10,337 bases of DNA from an archaeon (lineage in GTDB: Archaea > Asgardarchaeota > Thorarchaeia > Thorarchaeales > Thorarchaeaceae), in contig JAJRZD010000113.1 of the NCBI GenBank assembly GCA_024275415.1, positions 1-10,337 on the forward strand, written 5' to 3'. The translations under genes and the position numbers were made by a program. Positions 1 to 7,073 of the stretch are shown here, piece by piece. The notes under the pieces are model-generated. The model saw only the letters and a program-made list of their open reading frames with translations, did no database searches and had not been told where the DNA came from. Numbering within the stretch: the first letter of the stretch is position 1; every line of letters starts with the position of its first letter.

Positions 1-345
1 ATGCTGGGCACAGACACCAACATGAGATTGGAACTCATGTCGATGCTGAACCCGGATAAGTATCTCGAGTTCATATCGAGCAAGGGCATCCTTCACAAGA
101 TGGTAAAACGTGCGATCAAGCGTGGAGGAGGGCCATACACGATTGGTCTACAGAACTCGATCTATATGAAAAAAGCATACCCCGAACGACGAAAGCAGAT
201 GAAAGATGCAAAGTCAAGGTTGGATCCTAACAATATAATGAATCATGACAGAGTGACAAGTTGTATGACATCATTTGGAAGGATCAATATCCTATTCGGA
301 CTTGCGGTTGCCTTCAGAAGGCTTGCCAAACATGTTACGAGGTGA
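1..345 (+). CDS. C-terminal fragment (5'-truncated by window) of a VAO/PCMH-family FAD-linked oxidoreductase, GlcD-like (flavoprotein 1)
   Basis: GGGPYTIGLQN and KSRLDPNNIMN align with the C-termini of the two full-length paralogs in this window (GGKPYAVGLWN...LDPKDLLNP; NGRAYSIGMWN...TDPKNIVNP). DPxxxxN is the typical C-terminal motif of FAD-linked oxidases. The ATG at 1 is probably an internal Met. Confidence 0.8.
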   Translation: MLGTDTNMRLELMSMLNPDKYLEFISSKGILHKMVKRAIKRGGGPYTIGLQNSIYMKKAYPERRKQMKDAKSRLDPNNIMNHDRVTSCMTSFGRINILFGLAVAFRRLAKHVTR

Positions 346-350
346 TAGTG

Positions 351-1478
351 ATGAAAGTCGACTTACCCATGGACATACTCCGCGCTTGCGGTTCATGTAA
401 TTATTGTAGGGACTTCTGTCCGATGTACAGAGAGATTGGCTCAGAGCTTGATAGCCCGGGTGGAAAGCTTCGAGCCCTACGGGCATACGCTGAGAAGATG
501 TACTCAAAACCTCCTCAAGAGTTGCTAGACAAGCTTTTCTGTGCAGATTGCAGAAGATGTGAAAATATCTGTCCGGCCGGAGTGCCTGTCACTTCATACT
601 GGCATGATGCGAAGGCAACTCTGCTAAAGACAGGGGGAACGAGATCAGAGGGCCTTGAGAAAGTCCTTGATTGGTTGCAAAAGGAGGGCACCCCCTTTGT
701 CGGATACGAGGCTGAAGAACGCACCTTGTGGGCTGAAGACCTTGAACTCCCAGCAGAGTCAAACACTGCTATATTCTCGGGTTGCATGGGTTCCTACTGG
801 TACCCAGACCAACCAGAGATGGTCGTAGACATGATGCGGAAGTTGAAGATCAAGGTAGGATACATCCCTAGCGAGGTGTGTTGTGGGCTGATGAATTACT
901 GGGCTGGGGACGACACTGGGTTCGAGTCCATCATCAGGAAGAACTATGAAATGTTCAAGAAAGCAGGCGTAGACCATATCATAACCGGATGTGGGGGGTG
1001 CTATGGCACCCTTGCTGAGCATTATCCACATGTCATAAAGAACTTTGACATTCAGATTCATCATACAGTGGAAGTATTGGCCGATATGGTCGAGAATGGT
1101 GTGCTGACATTCAAGGGACTAGAAGGCCGATACACATTCCATGATTCATGTCACCTAGGGCGAGCCCTAGGCATCTATGACGCACCAAGAGAGATCATAG
1201 CTGCGATTCCGGATCTTGAATTCGTTGAGATGCAGAACAATCGCGAGGACTCCAACTGCTGTGGGGGTTTTGTAACGGTTGTGGATCCTGACCTCTCAGA
1301 ATCCATCGGTAAGAAACGAGTCCAAGAAGCACTAGAAACGGGAGCAGACGGCCTGATCACAACATGTGTGTCATGCTACAAGAACCTCAGCTATTGTGCC
1401 AGAGGCACAGATCTTGAGGTGATTCAACTCGACGAGTTGATTCTGAACTTAGCACAATCTTCGTTGGTAGAAGAATAG
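351..1478 (+). CDS. HdrD/GlcF-like Fe-S oxidoreductase (2x[4Fe-4S] ferredoxin motifs plus two CCG domains), Fe-S protein 1, 375 aa
   Basis: CGSCNYCRDFCP and CADCRRCENICP; CCG domains FSGC..VCCG..TGCGGC and HDSCHLGR..NCCG..TTCVSC. Start moved from 261 to ATG 351 because AGGTGAT at 340-346 is an archaeal-type RBS and the 261 start would overlap the upstream gene by 85 nt. Confidence 0.9.
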   Translation: MKVDLPMDILRACGSCNYCRDFCPMYREIGSELDSPGGKLRALRAYAEKMYSKPPQELLDKLFCADCRRCENICPAGVPVTSYWHDAKATLLKTGGTRSEGLEKVLDWLQKEGTPFVGYEAEERTLWAEDLELPAESNTAIFSGCMGSYWYPDQPEMVVDMMRKLKIKVGYIPSEVCCGLMNYWAGDDTGFESIIRKNYEMFKKAGVDHIITGCGGCYGTLAEHYPHVIKNFDIQIHHTVEVLADMVENGVLTFKGLEGRYTFHDSCHLGRALGIYDAPREIIAAIPDLEFVEMQNNREDSNCCGGFVTVVDPDLSESIGKKRVQEALETGADGLITTCVSCYKNLSYCARGTDLEVIQLDELILNLAQSSLVEE

Positions 1479-1497
1479 AAAACTAGAGGAACGAAAA

Positions 1498-2823
1498 ATG
1501 AACGACAAAAAAGGAACGCGGGTTGTCATTGTCGGAGCAGGTATCGCGGGATTCTCATGTGCCCTTGAACTGAAAGGTCTGAAAGCGCGATGTCAGATCC
1601 TTGAGAAGGAGCCAACCGTTGGCGGAAGAGCAAGGTCTTTCACGGAGTCAGGATATGTCTTTGATCAGGGTCTGCACTTCTTCGTTGGCGGCTTCAAATC
1701 GCTCATCCCCATTCTTGAGAGAAGCGGTGTCAGAATGACAACTGTTGGGGAAGGTGCAGTATGGCTCAAAGGTGGCGCGCGTCACATAATGAAGCAATCG
1801 GCATTAGACCTTGTGAAGTTCAGCCTTCTCAGCCCCGGGGACAGAGTGAGCCTCGGCAATGCGGTCAGGAAGAACCTTGGCAGGAGCATGGAGGACTTCA
1901 TGGAGCTTGACAAGATGACATTTGCAGAGTATGCAGAAGACAACGTATCGGAAAGCATCATGGAGAATTTCTATGAACCGTTGATACGTTCTGTGACTTT
2001 CATGACTCCCGAAGAGGTATCTGCAGGTCAGTACCTTTACTCGGAGCAATTGAGATTCGCATACGAAGATGGGTTCAAAGCCATGTATCCTGAACGAGGA
2101 GGCCTTGGAAGTGTGCCATACACACTCATGCTTCAGGCACGAAACTTTGCCATTGAACCAAAGGTGAACTGCGATGTTCAGAAGATTATAATTGAGGACG
2201 GCAGGGTCAAAGGTGTGGAGTTCATTCAGGATGACAAGGAACAGTATGCAGAGGCAAATGCAGTGGTTGTTACCACACCAATTGACCTCCTACCGAACTT
2301 CATTGACATGAACCTTCTTCCTAGCGAGTTCTCGAACGCTACCAAGCAATTCAGCTACAGACCTTCAATTGTCGCCTACTTTGGGCTGAGCTCAAGAGTG
2401 CTAGACTTTAATGTTGGAGGTTTCGTGCCCGGAAAGAAAATCCACATCGTTGCAGAAGCAAAGAGAGTGTCAGGGGTTCTTGCACCAATAGGTGAGTCCC
2501 TGCTCACAGTGACCTCAATTGATACAGAGCTTCTGAAGATGGAAAATGGCGAAGCATTGGGTGTGATCCTAGATGAGCTGAAAGAGCTGATTCCGGGAAT
2601 CGAAGACAAAATCACATGGCAGAAGTGTTGGAAGATATGGCGCTCGGTTCTTGCACAACCACCAGGCATCATGGAGCAGCGACTCAAGACCAATAAGACA
2701 GGAATAGAAGGTCTCTATGTAGCAGGCTCGTTTGCCAATTGTGACAATTACTATGCTTCGATGGAAGCTGCGGCAAGGTCTGGAATAGCATGTGCTCAAG
2801 AGATGACCCACGATTTCTCGTGA
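1498..2823 (+). CDS. FAD-dependent oxidoreductase of the amine oxidase / phytoene desaturase (PDS/ZDS/HpnE-like) family, 441 aa
   Basis: Rossmann motif IVGAGIAG, LEKEPTVGGRARS, FDQGLHFFVG, FYEPLIRSVTFMTPEEVSA, and C-terminal GLYVAGS...YASMEAAARSG. RBS GAGGA at 1486-1490. Confidence 0.85.
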   Translation: MNDKKGTRVVIVGAGIAGFSCALELKGLKARCQILEKEPTVGGRARSFTESGYVFDQGLHFFVGGFKSLIPILERSGVRMTTVGEGAVWLKGGARHIMKQSALDLVKFSLLSPGDRVSLGNAVRKNLGRSMEDFMELDKMTFAEYAEDNVSESIMENFYEPLIRSVTFMTPEEVSAGQYLYSEQLRFAYEDGFKAMYPERGGLGSVPYTLMLQARNFAIEPKVNCDVQKIIIEDGRVKGVEFIQDDKEQYAEANAVVVTTPIDLLPNFIDMNLLPSEFSNATKQFSYRPSIVAYFGLSSRVLDFNVGGFVPGKKIHIVAEAKRVSGVLAPIGESLLTVTSIDTELLKMENGEALGVILDELKELIPGIEDKITWQKCWKIWRSVLAQPPGIMEQRLKTNKTGIEGLYVAGSFANCDNYYASMEAAARSGIACAQEMTHDFS

Positions 2824-2839
2824 GCACGAAACACCCTCC

Positions 2840-2874
2840 TGTGCCAGTAGTGCAAGTCGTTTACTACTGGCACA
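2840..2874. repeat. Perfect 12-bp inverted repeat with 11-nt spacer (hairpin); possible terminator, RNA-processing element or operator
   Basis: TGTGCCAGTAGT (2840-2851) and its exact reverse complement ACTACTGGCACA (2863-2874), followed by CTTTTG at 2879-2884. The repeat is certain; the function is not. Confidence 0.75.
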
Positions 2875-2913
2875 CAGGCTTTTGCGCCGGTAGGCGGTCA
2901 TCGAGGTCAGACA

Positions 2914-4110
2914 ATGACACGATTGGATGTGATTGAAGAATCGGGACACGGGGATGATCCGTACATCTGCGCGTCCTGTGGCAATTGTACCATGGTCTGC
3001 CCGACGTTCAGGCTGGGAAAATGGGAGTCCTTCGGCCCCAGAGGTCGCCTACAGGTGACAAAGAATATACTAGAAGGAAAAGCCAAATTCGATGAGGAAT
3101 ATGTCAGAAAGCTCTTCATGTGTTCATTATGTGAAAACTGTGCCTCAGTATGCACGACCAGCCTGAAACTTGACGAGTTCTGGCGGGAAGCACGCGCCCA
3201 AGCATGGGAGATGGGAATGGCCCCGAAACCTGCAAAATACGCTAGCAGTTCTATCATGCGATATGGTGACCCACTTGCGATGGGCTCGTCGTCAAGACTA
3301 CGGTGGGCTCAAGACTTTGAGATCGACATAACAGACAGGATAGAAGCCAATGCAAAGGTGGGTTATATCCTCGGTTGCGATGTGGCACTGAAGCCCCAGC
3401 TCAACGATATTGCCCGTTCAATGGTAAAGATTCTCGAACACGCAGGAGTAGAATATACCCTGCTTGGAGAAAAAGAAACCTGTTGCGGAGCTCCCATGCT
3501 TTGGGCGGGGAACAAGTCCGAAGTCCATCTTATTGCGGAGAAGAACTATCTTCTGCTTGAAGAACTTGGTGTGGAAAAGGTCATCTTCAGCTGTCCTTCG
3601 TGCATCTACATATGGCATATAGTCGGTTCTACGACTCCACACAAGAGAGGGAACTCGCCACTCAAACTGTACACATCCTCCCAGTTCATCAGCATACTCG
3701 ATAAGAACGGATTACTTGCATACAGAGAGCAGCCGATGATCACAGTGACCTATCATGACCCATGTATCTCAGCACGCAGGCTTGGGATCTATCATCAGCC
3801 ACGAGACCTTATTGAACACATCCCAGGGGTCTACAAAGTTGAGATGGCATATTCTGGAACAGAAACAAGGTGTTGTGGATGGCACGGATTGCTGAACCTT
3901 ACCAATCCTCTCGTTTCACTGGAGATTGCCGAGATGCGGATGAGAGACGTTTCCGTAACACCAGCCTCACGGGTGATAAGCGAATGTCCCAGGTGTATCC
4001 AAGCACTTGATACGGCAGGTCAGACCATGCAATACGAGCTGAAAGTTCAAGATATCACACAGCTGGTGGCGGAATGTCTTGTAGAACCCGAAAAGGATGG
4101 AGGTTCATAA
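2914..4110 (+). CDS. HdrD/GlcF-like Fe-S oxidoreductase (2x[4Fe-4S] plus two CCG domains), Fe-S protein 2, 398 aa
   Basis: CASCGNCTMVCP, GPRGRL, CSLCENCASVC; CCG domains LGC..TCCG..SCPSC and HDPC..RCCG..ECPRC. RBS GAGGT at 2903-2907. Confidence 0.9.
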   Translation: MTRLDVIEESGHGDDPYICASCGNCTMVCPTFRLGKWESFGPRGRLQVTKNILEGKAKFDEEYVRKLFMCSLCENCASVCTTSLKLDEFWREARAQAWEMGMAPKPAKYASSSIMRYGDPLAMGSSSRLRWAQDFEIDITDRIEANAKVGYILGCDVALKPQLNDIARSMVKILEHAGVEYTLLGEKETCCGAPMLWAGNKSEVHLIAEKNYLLLEELGVEKVIFSCPSCIYIWHIVGSTTPHKRGNSPLKLYTSSQFISILDKNGLLAYREQPMITVTYHDPCISARRLGIYHQPRDLIEHIPGVYKVEMAYSGTETRCCGWHGLLNLTNPLVSLEIAEMRMRDVSVTPASRVISECPRCIQALDTAGQTMQYELKVQDITQLVAECLVEPEKDGGS

Positions 4111-5816
4111 TGGTGAAGATACAACGAATCGAGGACTTGGTAGGTGCAGATAACGTTTCAACATTGGATGAGACCCTTGGTCTATACTCCCGCGATATTG
4201 CTGCATTGCCAGGACTGGCATTCCAGATTATCGATAACCAGTTTGATGTAGTCGCTCAGCCACAGACTGTTAGATCGTTGTCCAATTTGATCCGTTATGC
4301 GCACGAGCACAATATCCCAATCGTCCCTCGTGGTAGTGGAACATCAGGATGGGGAGGTGCATTGCCTACTCGTGTAGGCATCTGCATAAGCACTCTCCAT
4401 CTGTCAAACTTGGTACATATTGATGAGAACAAGATGCTGGTAACGGTGGAGGCAGGAATGACATGGAAGGAACTCCTCATGGTTCTTGAACAGATAGGCT
4501 TCACGCTTCCGGTATATCCATCAAGTGCAGCAGCAGCAACAATCGGTGGGTTTGTTGCAAGCGGGGGATTGGGAATAGGATCAGCAAAGTATGGTGACAT
4601 CCGTGAACAAGTAGCCGGTCTTGAAGCAGTGCTACCAAACGGGATGATCGTGAGAACTGGGAATTTCCTAATAAAAGAGGATGACAACGAAACCGAGGAC
4701 GGTGAGTCCGCTGGTGCATATTTGCTCTCAATCCTTGACCAAATTCCTGAAGAGTGCCGTCCAGAGCCTATCGACCTGTTCCTTGGACTATACGGTACGT
4801 TCGGTGTCGTTTCACGTGTCACCTTACGTATGGTACCTAAGTTGATCCTACAACCCTTTGCATGCGTATTTGACAATGTCAATGATCTCACATCTGCAAT
4901 ACGCGATATCCAAGACATGGCCCGACCGTATTACCTCCGGTTCATCTCTAATTCATACACTATAAAGCGGTTTACTCCTAGAAGCTCTATCGACGAGTAC
5001 GGCAAGTTCATTCTCATTGGTGCGTTGTTGGACACATACTTCCAAATCGAGGAAGACGAGCAGGCTATCAAGGACATCGTAAAAGCACACAATGGATGGA
5101 CAACACAACAGAAACGGGCAGAGTACCTGTGGGATGAACGACTGTATCCTCTAAGAATAAAGACCCTTGGTCCCAGCTTAGTCCCAGCAGAACTCCTGAT
5201 CGATGTAGAGCACATCCCGGAACTTTATGAGAATGTCCTCTCACACATCAGTACCGACTCGATCGCAATTGAAGGGACGGTTGGAAGAAATGGTACCACT
5301 TCATTCCTAGCGTGGATCCTAGATGACGAACGCAAGAAATTCCGATATACACTAGGTTGGCACAGGTCGTTTGATATCACGAATCTAGGAATCAAACATG
5401 GTGGAAAACCATATGCTGTCGGATTATGGAATGTAATTCACGCACCACACTATTATGGAAGACAGCACTACAACGCATTAAGAAGGATAAAGCGTCTACT
5501 GGATCCAAAAGACCTGTTAAATCCAATGAAAGTGTTTGGAGGAAGGGTCAATGCGAAAAAAGAATCACTTGTATTCGGTTTCACCAGTGGCTTAATTGTT
5601 GGTGCTCTTGTCCATTACGCTCTCTCAAGCACCTTAGGCACTGGCTACCTATGGTCAATATTGGGACTGCCTCATCTGGGCTTTCAACTCGGCCTATTTG
5701 TGGCGATTATTGGAGGGTTGGTTGGATTGATGTTCATCAAGTTCCTTACAATAAAGAACGCCCTCAGACTGGGCATACCCATATTGCATGTACTCCGTAC
5801 GTTTCTTAGAAAGTAG
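4110..5816 (+). CDS. VAO/PCMH-family FAD-binding oxidoreductase (GlcD-like) with C-terminal two-helix membrane anchor, flavoprotein 2, 568 aa
   Basis: PRGSGTSGWGG, VTVEAG, PSSAAAATIGGFVASGGLG..KYG, GLYGTFGVVS, DPKDLLNP, then two hydrophobic segments. Start moved from 4074 to ATG 4110, which has a TAATG stop/start overlap and RBS GGAGGT at 4099-4104. Confidence 0.9.
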   Translation: MVKIQRIEDLVGADNVSTLDETLGLYSRDIAALPGLAFQIIDNQFDVVAQPQTVRSLSNLIRYAHEHNIPIVPRGSGTSGWGGALPTRVGICISTLHLSNLVHIDENKMLVTVEAGMTWKELLMVLEQIGFTLPVYPSSAAAATIGGFVASGGLGIGSAKYGDIREQVAGLEAVLPNGMIVRTGNFLIKEDDNETEDGESAGAYLLSILDQIPEECRPEPIDLFLGLYGTFGVVSRVTLRMVPKLILQPFACVFDNVNDLTSAIRDIQDMARPYYLRFISNSYTIKRFTPRSSIDEYGKFILIGALLDTYFQIEEDEQAIKDIVKAHNGWTTQQKRAEYLWDERLYPLRIKTLGPSLVPAELLIDVEHIPELYENVLSHISTDSIAIEGTVGRNGTTSFLAWILDDERKKFRYTLGWHRSFDITNLGIKHGGKPYAVGLWNVIHAPHYYGRQHYNALRRIKRLLDPKDLLNPMKVFGGRVNAKKESLVFGFTSGLIVGALVHYALSSTLGTGYLWSILGLPHLGFQLGLFVAIIGGLVGLMFIKFLTIKNALRLGIPILHVLRTFLRK

Positions 5817-5843
5817 AGTTACAAAATTGTGAACCAATACACT

Positions 5844-5934
5844 CAAATATCGCACCTAGATTCCAATGCGAAACCAAGAGGTGTTATCCCTACAAATATC
5901 GCAGGGGTAATATAATTTACAAATACATAGGGGT
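5844..5934 (+). promoter_or_regulatory. Putative promoter/operator region with direct repeats and an AT-rich TATA-like element
   Basis: Largest intergenic gap in the window (5817-5941). CAAATATCGCA occurs at 5844-5854 and 5893-5903; TACAAATA..AGGGGT occurs at 5891-5908 and 5918-5934. TAATATAA at 5908-5915 lies about 27-34 nt upstream of GTG 5942. Confidence 0.45.
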
Positions 5935-5941
5935 TCCGACT

Positions 5942-6553
5942 GTGAAAACAAAGCTCGTCAAGAAAATGTTACTTGTAACTTGCTTTCTCGTAATAATTAC
6001 CGCTGGTGCAAGCTTTGTACTTGCATTTCCAGACCAAACCAACGAATGTGATCAGTGTCATACGAACACGGACGTATTGCTACTAACTTCTAATGCCACA
6101 TCTACAGTGAATACGAAAGTAGGTGTATCATTTATTCTTGTTCTTGATGGCTCCAATGGAGTCGAGCATTTGAAGATCGTGAGCGACTGGGCAAATAACA
6201 GCCAGTTCACATTCTCAGTCATGGATGTCGATGACAATGGGGCTGATGATACAGATACAGCGACTGGAGAGATTACTGTCGCAGTGAATGTGACACCCTT
6301 AGCAGTAGGTAGTTTCACCATTAAGGTATGGGTCGCTGCGGCATCACAGCTTTCTGCAAGTACAGAAGTTTCAGTGAATGTCGAAGAGAATACAGACACC
6401 ACATTCACAACTCCAACAACTCCGACAACTCCGACAACTCCAACTGAGAACCCACTCGAAGCATGGACTTTTTACATGTACGTCATAAATGCAGGAGTTG
6501 CAATCGCGCTCTTAATAATCGGAGCTGTTATTTGTAAGAGGACAAGGAGGTAG
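5942..6553 (+). CDS. Exported, C-terminally membrane-anchored protein with a single CxxCH heme-c attachment motif (putative monoheme c-type cytochrome), 203 aa
   Basis: Basic n-region plus hydrophobic signal peptide ending FVLA; CDQCH at residues 36-40 (nt 6047-6061); beta-strand-rich acidic ectodomain; (TTP)4 linker; hydrophobic C-terminal helix followed by KRTRR. GTG start; ATG 5966 is an alternative. Confidence 0.75.
   Translation: MKTKLVKKMLLVTCFLVIITAGASFVLAFPDQTNECDQCHTNTDVLLLTSNATSTVNTKVGVSFILVLDGSNGVEHLKIVSDWANNSQFTFSVMDVDDNGADDTDTATGEITVAVNVTPLAVGSFTIKVWVAAASQLSASTEVSVNVEENTDTTFTTPTTPTTPTTPTENPLEAWTFYMYVINAGVAIALLIIGAVICKRTRR
6407..6442 (+). repeat. In-frame tandem repeat, 4 x 9 bp ACAACTCCR, encoding (Thr-Thr-Pro)4
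   Basis: ACAACTCCA ACAACTCCG ACAACTCCG ACAACTCCA read directly from the sequence. Confidence 0.95.
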
Positions 6554-6563
6554 GTGATAAGAA

Positions 6564-7061
6564 ATGGCACTTCATCCGGTATTCATTCACTTTCACACAG
6601 GCATTTTAGCAGCAAATGCAGCTCTTGCATTAGTATGTCTACTATTTAGACTGGTCTTTCGGGATGCAATAAACACCCCCGGAACAAAGATGGCAAAAAT
6701 ATTCCATGAATTCGATATCTTCATCTTCTGGGGTAATATTATCGGGTTCCTAGGATTGATTGCAGGAATGCTCACTGGCTTTATGGATTGGCCAATTGAG
6801 GCTGTACTAGCCAGTGCATATATGCGATCCAAGATACTATTCTCAGCAGTGGCTTTGCAAGTCTATATGTTTCTGATTCTTGTAAGGGTAAAGATTGGGG
6901 ATCGTATATGGACATCAACATCAGGGTTCCTGATTTACGGTATCTTGATTATAATTGGTGGCGGACTCATGATAGTGATTGCAGCAATGGGTGGAATAGC
7001 AGTCTACGGAACTTCGATCCTTAAGCCAATACTTGATTGGGTCGGAATGCCATGGCCATAA
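6564..7061 (+). CDS. DUF2231-like four-helix integral membrane protein (possible heme b-binding), 165 aa
   Basis: N-terminal HPxxxHF motif, AGMLTGFMDW, terminal AMGGIAVYG and four hydrophobic segments match the DUF2231 pattern as I recall it. RBS AGGTGA at 6552-6557. Confidence 0.7.
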   Translation: MALHPVFIHFHTGILAANAALALVCLLFRLVFRDAINTPGTKMAKIFHEFDIFIFWGNIIGFLGLIAGMLTGFMDWPIEAVLASAYMRSKILFSAVALQVYMFLILVRVKIGDRIWTSTSGFLIYGILIIIGGGLMIVIAAMGGIAVYGTSILKPILDWVGMPWP

Positions 7062-7073
7062 GAGGAGAGAGAG

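Noticed and set aside
261-350. Cys-rich N-terminal extension (RTCGCLQKACQTC) of the 261-1478 ORF that resembles an extra metal-binding motif
   Set aside because: It overlaps the conserved C-terminus of flavoprotein 1, a good RBS precedes ATG 351, and the two paralogs have no such extension. Most likely an off-frame coincidence.
2821-2850. Possible selenocysteine readthrough: the desaturase ends in TGA and a hairpin follows, suggesting a SECIS element
   Set aside because: Readthrough adds only ARNTLLCQ before TAG, the protein is already complete, and the hairpin shows no recognisable archaeal or eukaryote-type SECIS core. The other TGA stops (343, 9994) are followed by in-frame stops within 1-3 codons.
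4074-4109. ORF-track start at 4074 for flavoprotein 2
   Set aside because: It overlaps the upstream gene by 37 nt. ATG 4110 has a GGAGGT RBS and a TAATG coupling, and it matches the N-terminal length of the paralog.
5400-7061. Lower GC in the central region (hand-counted 60-nt lines about 38-40% versus about 50-53% in lines from the first 2 kb), suggesting a foreign insert
   Set aside because: Only a few lines were counted, the drop begins inside flavoprotein 2, hydrophobic and Thr/Asn-rich coding can explain it, and there are no flanking repeats or mobility genes. A sliding-window GC3 analysis would settle it.
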